Assembly: GCA_012295275.1 (NCBI GenBank)
Contig: CM022675.1
Coordinates: 15,624,001 to 15,688,000, forward strand
Source of the DNA: Chrysomallon squamiferum
Taxonomy: Eukaryota > Animalia > Mollusca
Reading direction: 5' to 3'
Length of the DNA: 64,000 bases
Made by a program: the position numbers and the translations under genes. This document shows, one piece after another, positions 39,921 through 54,435 of this stretch (position 1 is the stretch's first letter; each line of letters opens with the position of its first letter). Under the pieces are notes generated by a model. That model worked only from the letters and a program-made list of their open reading frames with translations, ran no database searches and was not told the DNA's origin.

Positions 39921-42920
39921 ACGAACTCTGCTATATCAGCTCTCTGCCATCACCATAGCATATCATCACGAGCTTCTTATTTCATCATCATGCTTTATTA
40001 TTATGAAATATTAACACAAGTAACACACGAAATAATCACAGGGTGACAAACAAAATTATTTCTGCTATTTGTTCAGAAGGTCCACTTTAATCCGGTCAAA
40101 TGATGTTAATGTTGATGCTATTTAAGTTGAATATTTAAAGACTGGAGTAATTTAAAACTATTACAATAACAGAGACTACGCACTTAACCTGTTAGCGAAG
40201 TGAAAGCCTGGTGTCGTGTTGTCCTAATGCGACGTACCCAGACACGAGATAAATATACAGTTGATTTGTTTATTTGTTCTTTGTACTGATAGCTTTTCAC
40301 AACGATATCAATTACTACAAACTGTTACGATGTTTTAAAGTAAACGTAACAATATAAGTGTGACTAAAACTGTATATAGGGGAAACTGGGGACCGATGAG
40401 CTTTGAGGACCTGCAAGCCATCTCATAAACATCTGACAGCAAAATGGTAGTGACATCTATCCACTATCAATGCAACTACTATACGTGACCTTCACCCGTA
40501 TTGTTTAGAGAGCTTTGTGGCAGTCCCTCACACATTAGTTAAACAATTAGTTAAAAGCGTAATAATTTTGTATGTGTTTTGGTTACAATTTAATATTGAA
40601 AGGTGACAATACATATAACCTGTAAAGGTTTGTGTATTTTGTTAGTAACTTCTTTTGACTTCTAAATACAGTTTTAGTTGATGAACCATGTGGTTATCTG
40701 GTACACTGGGCTAACATAATCAAAGTGGTGTTGGGGACCAATGAGCCATCTTCTATGGGGTCCCATGGCTAGGTTGCTCACTGGATTCCACTGCATTTCA
40801 GAATATTATATATCTGCTCTTACTTCTGCTATCGAATTTGAATAAAACAATCAAAATATAGGATTCTTGTAAGAAAAAATAGACAGAAGCACACAAACAA
40901 CAAGAAATGTCAAAACCGACAGTTTCGATTATTTAGGTTAATTATATTACAGAGCTTTTGGCGAAACCAATAACAGATTCGTGCTAATAATATTAATAAG
41001 AAACGATGAAAGTTATAGAGACTAATTTCACGTAGAGTGATCTCCCTTGGACCTGCCTATATGATCTGATTTATTAACCTCAGTGGACACAACGAATAAA
41101 ACAGTTCCATTTGTTATTTAACAAAATTAGACTGTACTTTGGTTACCGATACACAAACAAACAATTCAAACTTCTGACGTCACCCAAGGGTAATTCTTTG
41201 CCAGTAACAATTACAAAAATAATATTCGTAAGTGCTCCCCCCCTCACCAGGGACATTTGTGATTTAATAAATTCGTACGACTTCACTTACCGGTTTCTGT
41301 GATGTCATGTTTTTTACTGTGATTAATCGGCGCGCGGGAATAGTTCACCAAAGACCACTTTACGGCAATATGATGTCGCTAGATAAAGTAAATCGATTAT
41401 AAGACAGGCTAAATTTTGTTGAATGCATAACATTCTTTTACTCTTCCGTGAATTTTTATATGAACTGTACTCTTTGAAAGACCCACCAAAAAAAAAAAAT
41501 AAAATAAAAAAAAAAAATAAAAAAATAAAAACAACTTTGAAGCTTTTTGTATGCATTGCCTGATTACAAAACACAATAGCAGAATAATAATAATAATGTA
41601 TTTTAAATCGACAAAGACAAACATTTTTTTAAATATTTTTTTTGTTTGACTATTCGCTGAATTGTGTGTGTGAGACCTGCTATTTTGCTTTGACAGTAAA
41701 GGAAGCCTATTTCACATAGTGATAATAACTTTCTCATAATCATATTATCATTATTATTATTATTATCATCATTACATCATCCTCATTATCATCATCATCA
41801 TCATCATTATTATTATTATTTTGCGTTGCAATTATCCGTAATTTGAGAAGCTATAGCGGAGTATGAAATATCTTTCCCTCATTTTTTTATTGGACACCAC
41901 AGACAAAATCTTCTCTCTGTTTTATGGGAATTGAAAAATAAAAAAATGTGGATAAAAATCTTAAAATCTTCAGCCAGTTTAAACTGATCACTACAAAACA
42001 AGCTCGATTATAACGCTTATCTGATACAGGCAGCTTTCATTTTATTTAATTATTTTGTGTAATTTAAAACAAAGTAATTTGGTAATTTTATTTTGTTATT
42101 ATAAAAATAATATTGCGATAGAGTAAAGGCTGGATATGAATATTTTATAATTTCTGTAATTTATTTTGATTAAAATAAAATAAAATGTAAATATAATATA
42201 ACAAGATAAATAAAAAGTAAATAAATAAATAAATAAAAAAAATAAGCAAACAAAAAGGCCTGAGAGAGAGAGACGGAGAAAGATAGAGATATATAGAGAG
42301 AGAGAGAGAGTGAGAGAGAAAGTATAGAATGCAAGAATATTTATTTATTTATTCATTTAGAAAGAAAAAAGAAAACAAGAAATACAAAATACGTAAAACG
42401 AATGACATTACAAAAACGTGTTCCGCATTTTACCCGCTATCTAACAACGCCGTCCGTCTGCGAGTTGAAAACATGTTTTTACTCCTCGGTAATTCCCGCT
42501 ATTCGCCGCTGCATTTCCGGTTGCGTAACAATCTCCGCGGCTTCTTTAGTTGCTGCATTTGTGTCCGGCCTCTGATTGGCTTTTTGAAATGCCACATTCA
42601 CTCTTATTTGTTTTTCACTATCACAGTGAACTGCTCTCATCCTGGCCCAATAATGAGATCGATAGACCGAAAAAGACAAATGCTGTTCTGACCTATATAC
42701 TGCAGTGTTTGTCCAAGTGAATCCTGTTTAGCTGTTATCTTAAATAGATTATTCTCTTACGATCGTCTTTTTGATTGAGTGTTTCTCGGATGAATACTCC
42801 CAAATAAAAACAACAAATAGATATCGACGTGCGCATATATACACACAATTGTATTAACGGTTATTTAAAATAGTTTATATATCAAGTGTTGTTTATCATC
42901 TTCATCTTTTTTTCTTCTGA

Positions 42921-42973
<53 letters not shown>

Positions 42974-42977
42974 TATA

Positions 42978-43024
<47 letters not shown>

Positions 43025-43542
43025 CATTATTATAATTGCTATTATTGTCATTACTGTTGTTGTTATTATTGTTTTTGTTGCTGCTGTTGCCGCTGCTTTT
43101 ATTCCAAACCAATTTATGATATTAAAAAGTTTTCGTTTTTAAATCTCTCTGAGTGATAACAGTAATTATGAAAAAAGATTTTAAAATCACAAATGTAACA
43201 GGCCAATGTGAAACCTGTCATTACATTCAGCGAAGGGAAGAACAACCTGCTGTAAAAAAGCCTGAAATAAAAACACTTGTCAGTTGTAGAAGGGAAAAAC
43301 GATACAGCGAGCTATAAACACGAGTAAAACATAACTCATACTTTATAAATGAATAACGTGTAATTTTGATTTCTGTTTATTTCATTTATTCATTTATTTA
43401 TTTCAAATTATTTGTTTGTTTATTTATTTCTTCTTCTTCATTTCTTCTTTTTCTTCAATTTTCTTCTTATTCTTGTTGTTGTTGTTGTTGTTGTTATTAC
43501 TGTTCATCGTGATCATTCTGAAAAAAAAAAATTAAGTCAATC

Positions 43543-43642
<100 letters not shown>

Positions 43643-44291
43643 ATAACTGAAAAAAACGTCCATTTTGAATTATTATCCAGTTACTTTATGGCCCTTTAGT
43701 TGAGGCTGGTGTAGATCAAGGAAGTAAAGTGATAACTGTATCAAGTTAAAAATTCTATTTGCATCATGGTCAGACGTAAGCATATAAATAGATGTTGTAG
43801 ATTTATTAACTGGTCCATCGAGGAAGTGCCAATTTATTAACGAGTCCCGTACATTTTACATTATTTACGTTATGTGTATTCAACTATCACATAATTCCGT
43901 ATACAAATGTAAAACTGTCGGGTATCGATTTAAGATATTAAATATTTATATATCTCTATTTTTACGGAGTTTTGTTACTTATGCGTTTTTCATTGTGTTA
44001 TTTTTATTATTTTGTTTATGTTTGTATTTTTCTATGAGTATGTATTTGTTAAATCAATAACAACAACAGAAACAAAAACTATAGTAGTAGCAACATTACC
44101 ATCAGTAATAATAATGATATAGTAATAGTAATAAATATAATAATAATAATAATAATAATAAAATAAGAAGACGGAGAACAACAACAACAACTACAATAAT
44201 AGCAACAAATGCAATACTACTACTGCTATTACTACTACTACTACTTCTAATGTAATAATGTAAATAAATACATACACTTATAAACGCTGTA

Positions 44292-44490
44292 AACACACGT
44301 ACACACACAGAAACACACGTACACACAGAAACACACGTACACACACAGAAACACACGTTCACAAACATACACACACGTACACACACAGAAACACACGTAC
44401 ACACATACAAACACGTACACACAGAAACACACGTACACACATACACACACGTACACACACAGAAACACACGTACACACAAACATACACCT
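44292..44490. repeat. CA-derived 18-20 bp minisatellite
   Basis: Unit AACACACGTACACACAGA and variants. Confidence 0.85.
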
Positions 44491-44951
44491 ACTGACAAAC
44501 ATGCGTACACACTCACAGACTTACATAATTACACGAACAGAGTATAATCAGACGTACATACGACAACAAAATATTCATTGCTACAAAACGTATGTTAATT
44601 TATATTTAAACTAAACTTATTCATGCACGCACACACACGCACACACACATACGGATGTACCTAATCATAATCTTTCATCTGCTATTTGTTAATCTTTCTC
44701 TGAATTGTTTTGCCAACTACTCTAATCATTAATTCAACGTGCGAGATACGGATAGAGTAAAATCGAAAAGGTTTGTGTAAAAAGAAATCTATTTCAATTA
44801 CACTCTGCTGGAGTTTGTAGAATTAGCAAACGATCTGAACCAATGTCACTGTGACGAGGGAACGAAAAGATTTCCAGCCGAAAAAAGTCTTCAAGAAATT
44901 CAGTGATTAAAATGAGGATACAGTTTAATAAGTGAAAGTCTATGTACGTAA

Positions 44952-44998
<47 letters not shown>

Positions 44999-45070
44999 TG
45001 TGTATTATATATTATGTATCGTTTTGTGTGTGAATGTGTATGTATGCATGTATTCATGTCTGCCTGGTTG

Positions 45071-45115
<45 letters not shown>

Positions 45116-45263
45116 ATATATAAATCTGTCTATATATCTATCTATCTATCTATCTATCTATATATATATATATATATATGTATGGATGTATGTATGTATG
45201 TATATATGTATTTGTCTGTATACATTTCTATATCTATATGCATATGTAAGTGTGTTTATATAT

Positions 45264-45458
45264 GCATACATTCATGCTTATATTAATACATGTTTGTGTG
45301 TTTACGTGCACGCATACATTCATGCTTATATTAGTACATGTTTGTGTGTTTACGTGCACGCATACATTCATGCTTATATTAGTACATGTTTGTGTGTTTA
45401 CGTGCACGCATACATTCATGCTTATATTAGTACATGTTTGTGTGTTTACGTGCACGCA
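45264..45458. repeat. 48-bp tandem repeat, 4 copies
   Basis: GCATACATTCATGCTTATATTAGTACATGTTTGTGTGTTTACGTGCAC, near-perfect copies. Confidence 0.95.
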
Positions 45459-46350
45459 TTAATGGGCTTATTCTAAAGGCAAAGGGTTTGTTCTATGTAC
45501 TTTCCCGTTCAACACAGCTTTAGATCAATTAACCATTAAAAGATCTGAAACTGAGGTCCACCAAACCAACTCAGCACAATGTTGTAGTAGCACTTTAATT
45601 GCAAAACGTTTATTTATAATTCTTCAGAACGGATGGAAAAGAAAGAAAAAATATATTTTTTTATTGACACAAGTCAGTGAGGTAACTGATTTAATGGCAG
45701 AAATTACACGGCGTACTTGCATGCTGGCGCAGTAAGCTTTGAAAGTTTGAAACATATTAGCAAACAGAAGTAAATAATTACATAATCTTCTCGTCAATTT
45801 AACTCTCAGCCTGTTCACAAATCTTCAGACAGAAACGTCTCTGATCCTCGCTTTGAGAACAAAGAGCACATTATGGACAGAGATGTACAAGTTAGAGTGA
45901 GCGGAATAAAAAGCAGTAGAGGCAAAAGTAATTTTAAAAAATATTTGTTTTTGGAAAGCGTAGCATGATTGCATTTCTAATAATGTGATTACAGTAATAA
46001 CCCGCGCTGTTTTCAGTTGCATCTGGTGTTCTAACTCTAACTCATTACGTTTCTGTTATTTAAAGAAATAATTCAATTAAATCTTTTTATGGTTGTTTAT
46101 TTTATTTTCATAACTGTAAGAAATATTCTATTTTATTTTCATAACTGTTCCATATATTTTAATTTTTGACTGTTACATATATTTTATTTTCTGTTTTATT
46201 CGTTTACTGTTAAATTCAGCTGAAATAGAAGTCTTTATCAAATTAAACAACAACAACAACAAAATATACCTAAAAAAGAGACTAAAGAAAAAAAAAAAAA
46301 ACAGCAACAAATAAACCCAAAAGAAAACAAAAAACAAACATACAAAAAAT

Positions 46351-46383
<33 letters not shown>

Positions 46384-47856
46384 AAAAAAAAACAAACAAA
46401 CAAAACAACAAACAAAACAAAAGAAAAAAAAAAAAAAAAAAAAAAAACGAACAAAAACGGTAAAAAAACAACAACAATAGAACAACAACCTAAGGAAAGG
46501 AAATAACTAAATAATAATTTTAGAAAAGACAAATGACAAAGCGTCTTCTGAGACCTAGCATTAAACAAAAAACAAACTTCCTCTGAACGCCATCTTGAAA
46601 ACACAGCGGTCCCGACTGCGAACGTTTTTTCTTTCAATTTCCGCCAGTGATCGACTTTGTCCGTGGGCTGTGTGCGTTTCTCAGCGTCGCTTATCATCGG
46701 AAGCGACATGCGACAAACTCGGCGGAAAAGAAACCTTTTCTTGATTTAACGGTTTTAATTAGATGAAAAGATCACACACCGAGTTATTTTTTTCACTAAT
46801 GTAATTACGAAAGAAAATGCCTTAATTGTACACTGAGAGAGATTATAAATATTTTCAATATTTAATAATTGTTAATATTAAAATTTTTAATAATTAAAGA
46901 GAATGAACAAGGAATATAATCGTCACTCTAAATACGACAAAAGTTTACTGAGAACAAGCTCAGATGCCACAGGCTACATTTTTGTTTTGGAAAAATTAAC
47001 ACGTGTAGACAGAGACTAAGAAATAAAATGATATTCTTCGTCTTTTCACGCGGAAAATGTAGCTGTCGGCGCATAAACGAATTCCTTTGAACTTTTCCGT
47101 CGACGAAAAAAAAAACGCTACATGAAAACGTGCCACTGTGAATTCATGTTCTCCAGGTTAATTTTAATTTTAATAACTATCGTTTTGTGTTTAGATGGAG
47201 TTATCTTTTCTTTAATGTAGAAAAGTGCCGTTTCTGCTCTTTAACAATATACAGGTTTTTGTTTCTTTTCTTTTTTCTTTTTTTAAATCCGGTAGATCCA
47301 TTTCTAATACTGAGAAATGTGATTCTGGCTATTTCTATTCGTCTGTTTTTCTTTCTTTCTTTCTTTCTTCTTTTATGCTTTTTTTTTTTTTTTTACTTCT
47401 CTTTTCCCTCTTCTTCTTCTTCTTTTGTGTGTCCTTCCTTTATTGAGTTGTATTACTGCTGCATTTTTATTTTATTATTTTATTATTATTTTTAAATTCA
47501 CGAGAATTAAAAGTGTAAAAAAGAATAGAGAAAAGCGAAAGATAAAAAATTAAAAAATCGGCTAGAAAATTAATGTGTCAGGTCTTATCAGAATGACAAA
47601 GTCCGCTCAGCGGAGTAACTTCCGGTGTCGCTGTTATCTGACACAAGCGCAGTCGCCTGAGGAACTTTTTTTTTTTTTTTTTTTTTTTTCCCCATCGTGT
47701 GTACTTTTTTTTTCTTTTTTTTTTCTTTAATTTTTTCTTTATTTCGTGAGTACTTTTTTTTTTTTTTTTTTTTAATGGAGAAACTGACAGTGTGAGATTT
47801 GTGATCCTGTTTGTGTGCAATGTTTTACACGCTACGTTCAGTGACAGAGTGTATGT

Positions 47857-47876
47857 AGGTCAGAGGTCAGAGGTCA
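47857..47876 (+). promoter_or_regulatory. Three perfect AGGTCA half-sites spaced by 1 bp (DR1-type nuclear receptor element)
   Basis: AGGTCAgAGGTCAgAGGTCA. Confidence 0.3.
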
Positions 47877-47989
47877 GAGCGTTCGTTTCAGACGCACTTG
47901 TGTAATGAAATCTAAAGACGTTTGTTTATATGTTAATTATGTTGATGAGCATTATTAAATCGAAACCATTACCAGATCTATTGCTGTGC

Positions 47990-47992
47990 CAT

Positions 47993-48043
<51 letters not shown>

Positions 48044-48655
48044 CACTACTATTACTACTATACTACTACTGCTATTACTACTACTACTACTGCTACCGCT
48101 ACTACTGTTATTACTACTGCTACTACTATTATTAATGCTATTACTACTACTACTACAACCACTAATAAAAATTACAAGCACTGTTACTACTACTACTGCT
48201 ACTACTGCTATTACACTACTACTACTATGACTAATACTATTAGTATTGTTAGAATTACTATTAACATTATTATTTATATTAATACTATTACAACTACTTT
48301 AGCTATTATTGATGCTGTTTTTATAACTGTTATCATTAACATCATCGTCATCATTGTTGTCATTTTTGTTGTGGTTGTTGTTTCTGTTACTGGTGTTATT
48401 ATAAAATTATTGTTTATATTACGATATGATTTTTGTTTGCATCATCATTATCATCATCATCATCATCATCATCATTATTATTATTATTGTTATTATTATT
48501 GTTATTGTTATTGTTATTTTTATTGTTATCATTATCTTTTTTTTATTATTATTGTTATTATTATTATTTATTGTCATTATTATTGCTATTATTAATTATT
48601 ATTATTATTATTATTGTTGTTGTTGTTGTTGTTGTTGTTGTTATTTTATATTTAT
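47990..48655. repeat. Compound trinucleotide microsatellite block (TAC/TAT/CAT/TGT)
   Basis: Direct reading. It is representative of many (AAT)n, (TAC)n and (GA)n tracts in the window, e.g. (GA)n near 10883, 43547, 48919, 49660, 59824 and 60766. Confidence 0.9.
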
Positions 48656-48915
48656 TATTTAGTTTATTTATCGCTCTGTTTTAATCAAAACCTACAACAT
48701 ACTGGTTAAACTGATGCTCTTTTTTGCTACGACTTTCTAATATTATTTATTTGTTGTGAAATTCAATTCGTTACTTCGATCGTGCAACGTCTGAAAACAA
48801 ACAACAGTGAACAGAAATCTGCTTGTTTAATTACGTCTGGTAAAACAAAGAAGGACAGCAGGAAGAGTTTCAAGTTCAGTTTTTGCCTTAAATGTCCACT
48901 TCTATCATTTCGTGG

Positions 48916-49010
<95 letters not shown>

Positions 49011-49656
49011 ATAAAACGTTCAGATTCTTGCTTCCGTTTCATCCAATCCATGACATTCCAGCCATTTTCCGCAGTGTTTACTAAAACTTGTGTTTTACTG
49101 TCTGTGAGTAAGTACACAGAAAAGTTTATTTTCTGCTGTCATTCTTAATCACTCTTATAAATTTTTATTCTTCCGAAATCACGAAAAACGTTTGACTGAT
49201 AATTACGTTTATATTAAAATAGTCGGAGCTTTTGAATAGTTTTAAATAAATATTCTGTCATTCATATTCTGGTTCAAGATAAAAAAAAAATATTGTTTCA
49301 TATTGGGACGTCTGTAATATCCTCTTGAGAAAATACGGAGTTCGTCAAACACGATTCAGAAACCTCATTTAAAACACAAATTGCGCCATTACAAGTTACT
49401 TGTCAAAATGTGCGCCATAGTAAGACATTTTAAAATTGAAATGAACGGATTTTATTAATAATTTTAAATATTTTTTCGCCCTTTTTCATTCGAGGAATTG
49501 TGAAATCAGTATAACGAGAATATAAAGTTAAAAATTTTACATGTTAATTTGAAATTATTCCGAGAAGTACAATATAAAAAGTCTTTTTTTTTTTTTTTCA
49601 TTAAATAAAAAAAAGGAGAACAAACATATCTAATTTTTATTTCTTTTTTTTTTTTC

Positions 49657-49748
<92 letters not shown>

Positions 49749-50520
49749 AACCGGCAAAAATAAATAAAAATAAAATAAAATAAATAAAAAAATAAAATGT
49801 TCTCGCAATTACGGTTTCTTCTAAATGATTTCTGTTTCTCACAATACGTGCGATTAAAAAACAATTTCAGTTTTGTCGGAAATCGCTGAGACGCTTTGTG
49901 TGTCAGTCTGTCTCGCTGAGTCCTGACTGACCCGAGGCTGTAGAACACCACTGACCTCAGTGTCATTCGACTGTTACTGCAGTAAGAGTGCGGGGAGGGT
50001 GGGGGGAGAGACGGAAGCAACCTAATTGATCTGTTTACAAAACTTGTAAACCGGTGTTTGTAAAGTGTTTCATATAAATTTTACCTTAGTGAACTATCTA
50101 ATTGATTTTCTTCACATATTGAAGTTTGAAGTAATAATAATAATAATAATAATAATTATAATAATAATAATAATAATAATCATAGTAATAATAATAATAA
50201 CAACAATAGTAGGTGTAATAGTAGTAGCTGCAGTAGTATAGTAGTAATAATAGTACAGCTACTAGTAATAATAGTTGCATTTGAAGTAGTAGCAGTAGTA
50301 ATAGTAGTATTTGTAGTACTAATGATTTAATTAGTAGCAGTAGTCGTAGTGGTAGTAGTAGTGGTGGTGGTGGTGGTAGTAGTTGTAGTGAATTTCGACG
50401 TTAGTTCCAAATGAAATAACTATCCAGTCGTCTTTTAACATTTTTAAATAGAAATTACTAACGCACTGACTGGCTTCAAAACATGTCTAGTTTCCCAGTC
50501 AAAACCATTATCTCTCTCTC

Positions 50521-50640
50521 TCAAGTGATTTAGAGGAGGCGGTAAGTATAACCTTATTATTGTGTTCATGTATAGATACACTTGCTCTGGCTTTCATATG
50601 GATTATATCTCTTAATTCTCTGTCATCTCTGGACTGAATA

Positions 50641-50645
<5 letters not shown>
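50521..50645 (+). repeat. Left arm of an inverted repeat pair bracketing the GPCR gene
   Basis: 50521-50585 is the exact reverse complement of 60996-61060 (65 bp). Gapped similarity continues to about 50645 and 60901. Confidence 0.9.
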
Positions 50646-50713
<68 letters not shown>

Positions 50714-51829
50714 ATTATTACTATTTTGTGAATGTGTGTATGTGTGTGAGAGAGAGAGAAGGAAACAGAAAAAAAACGTGACCCAGAATTAACTCATATC
50801 AAATGGTGAGAGAATGACAGAGTGTGTCAGTGTTTAACAGAAGTCAGACACTCTACACCCGCGGCTGACACCTTACAACTGAGAAAAAAAACACGAGAAA
50901 TCTTTTCTCTTTGTCTAGACTGACAAGTCTATAAATAACCTTCACGGAAACACACGACTGTGATCACAGTCCACTCCACCGACTCTTCTCAACTTCGCGT
51001 TTTCACTCGGTACGTTTCGGGCGATAATTAAAACGAAGCCTTCGGCTGTTTCCGCCGTCAGTGGAATCGTAAAATGCTCGTTTTGCCCGGAGAATCAACG
51101 TAAGAGAAACATAGGTGGACTGATGTTACAGTTGTACAGTTTCTACGATGACCTAGTAGATGTATTTACGTTTTAAAATGTTTTATACTTTGATCGTATT
51201 ATTACTGAACGAGTTGTCTTCGCTATGTGTTTGTCTTCATATAAAGAAACAATAACAGTCTTACTACTGATAATTATAATGCAGATTGTAATAAAATAAA
51301 TAAATAAAATAAACGTTTATCTACTGCACTAATCAATGTTTACATAAATATACACAAGCACAAACACAAACACAAATACGTGTATATATGTACAGTCACA
51401 CAAACACACACACATACACCTATATTAGTCATACATATACAATCTTAGATACGTAATATACAAACAAATATGCTTACATACAAGCATACCTGCATACATA
51501 TACACATACACACATACACACATACATACATACACACATACATACATACACACATGCATACATTCATACATTCATACATTCATACAACATACATGCATGC
51601 ATACATAACAAACAAAACTGTACATATAAAATCAAAATTATACTTGCAGAAAGCTATAATTTAAACTAAAACATTGCAGCAGATACCAAGGAGTGTAATA
51701 CGTTTAATAATTCAAACGAAACTTGCAGTGGCAATAACGATATACTGAGATCAGTAAGGAAATGTTATAAAATATAAAAATGTCAGATAAGTAGCGATAA
51801 AATAGACAACTGAAGATTAGGAAAGATAT

Positions 51830-52345
51830 ATTTGTGTTATTATAGAAACATTAATGTCTGTGTTTATAGAAACGTAAATATAAAATATCTGTTATAGAAA
51901 CGTTAATATGAAATATTTGTTTTAGAACGTAAATGTGAAATATCTGTTATAGAAATATAAATATGAAATATCTGTTATAGAAACGCAAATATGAAATATC
52001 TGTTATAGAAATATAAATATGAAATATCTGTTATAGAAACGCAAATATGAAATATCTGTTATAGAAACGAAAATATGAAATATCTGTGTTATAATACGTA
52101 ATTATAAAATATTTGTATTATCGAAAAGTAAATATGAAATATCTGTGTTATAGAAAAGTAAATATGAAATATCTGTTATAGAAAAGTAAATATGAAATAT
52201 CTGTGTTATAGAAACGTAAATATGAAATATCTATGTTACAGATACGTAAATATGAAATATTTGTTACAGAAACGTAAATATGAAATATCTGTGTTATATG
52301 TAATATCTCTGCTATAGAAACGTAAATATTAAATGTCTGTATTAA
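51830..52345. repeat. 28-30 bp AT-rich minisatellite
   Basis: Unit GTTATAGAAACGTAAATATGAAATATCT(GT). Confidence 0.9.
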
Positions 52346-52684
52346 AGAATCGTTTCATCAAAACATACATACATTCATACATATACACATACATACATAC
52401 ATGAAACACACACACACTTATACAAGTATTCTATATACATACATGCACATATAGATACATAGACACATTTAAACATACATACATATCTAATCAATCGTTC
52501 ATAACAGAGACTGTTCAAAATCCTGAACTACATAGATACGTACGTGCACACATGTTTCGAAATAAATAATAATAATAATAAATAAATCAACCAATCATTC
52601 AATAAGTAAATAACAAATAAATTAATAACTAGTACCACTACTACTACTAATAATAACAATAGCAATAATAATAATAAAAATAAA

Positions 52685-52752
<68 letters not shown>

Positions 52753-53371
52753 CAACAATGATTAAATGATGTACTAATCATGTCTGAAATAACAATATCT
52801 CGTCTGAAATAACAATAGACTTTAAATCATTTTAAATATAACTTACTAAAGTATAACGAACTCTGGTAAACATTTTATAAAATTATTAATTTATTACTTC
52901 AATCCAGCAAGCTTTTTGTTTTATCACGTTTATTTTTGACAAACAGTTTGTGAATAACAGAAACATTACCACTGATTTAATCCGTAACAAATGAACATTT
53001 TTTTAATGATCTGGTTTTTCAAATCTTCACTTTGTTCAGTTGCCTGATAAAAAGACATCAGTTACATCAACTTTCAAATTTCTAATTTATATACAGCTTC
53101 GTTGAGCATTTAAAACATTTCATTCGGTTTAAATCGTATTTATAATACAGCTGATAAATTATTTTATACACTTTTTGCTGCATCGCTGTACACTTCAGAA
53201 TATCGATTGTATTTTTAGAAAATGTAATACTTTTTAGAATAACTGTTGTATCTTTAGAAAATTATATACATTTCAGAATATTTTGTTATATATTTAGAAA
53301 ATGTTATACAGTTTACACATTTTCGAATATATGTTCTATCTTAAAACATTTAGAATAATTTATATGAAGTA

Positions 53372-53414
<43 letters not shown>

Positions 53415-53886
53415 GATAAAAATAGTCTTCAACGATGTATTATTTTAAATTTTAATTTGTTTACTGATATTAATATTATCAAAAACTGTAATGTATTTAG
53501 AGTAAATGAGTGTGTATGTATATATATTACATACATACAGACATAAAACAAATGATTAGAAAATGTTTTATATTTATAGAAATAATGAAACAGATAACAG
53601 TACATTGCACTGTACGTGACTTGAACGTCAATACTTACATAATTAAAAAAATGGAACAAAGATTTTTCTCTTCAGTAGTCGTATTGAATGTAATGTGATA
53701 CAACAGTATGCTGAGAAAAAGTGCAACTTTAAACTATTAACAACGTTTTTATTACTTTTGTTTGTTTTTTATTGTTGTTACAAAACTCAATCTTTTTAAA
53801 TCTAATAATGTTGTTGCTGTTGTTGTTGTTGTTGTTACTGATGTTGTTCTTATTGTTGTTTTTTCTTCTTCTTCTTCTTCTTATTG

Positions 53887-53965
<79 letters not shown>

Positions 53966-54435
53966 GCATTCTGGAATTTTAAGAATAGTCATACCGAATA
54001 ACATGTCTAGGTTTTTAATGCTAGAAATGGCAAAAATAAAAACGCTAACAAAAATTGCTTATTTTTTTGACGATACAGTCACTGAACTTCTTTTCGATAC
54101 CAGCGTAGTAAAAATACAAATATCAGGTTTAATATAGCGTATAAGGGAGACTGTAGAGTAATTCCTTTAGAAAGTTTTCTTTAATATCTGGGAAGAGACT
54201 TATCTGGAAAATAAAGTTTTCGAAAGAACGTATATTTTCAAATTATTGTTACATTTTGTCCTCTTTGTTTGCTGAACTCTTTCTTTTTTCTTCTTTTTTT
54301 AAATTTATTTTTCATGGTGCCATTACTGGCAACTGAAGTGAAAAAAAAAAATAATAACTTATCAGATATTCACATTGTTGTTTTATTCATTAAAGCACTG
54401 ATTAAAATTTAATCTACCACTGAAAGAAATTAAGC

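Noticed and set aside
40378-40800. Possible DNA-transposon fragment with repeated GGGGACC(G/A)ATGAGC motifs
   Set aside because: Only two short direct motifs are visible, with no clear TIR pair or coding remnant.
47930-48684. Poly-Tyr/Thr/Ile/Leu ORFs here and elsewhere (e.g. 5599-5937, 26286-26538, 53729-54137, 58362-58935)
   Set aside because: They are translations of trinucleotide and dinucleotide microsatellites.
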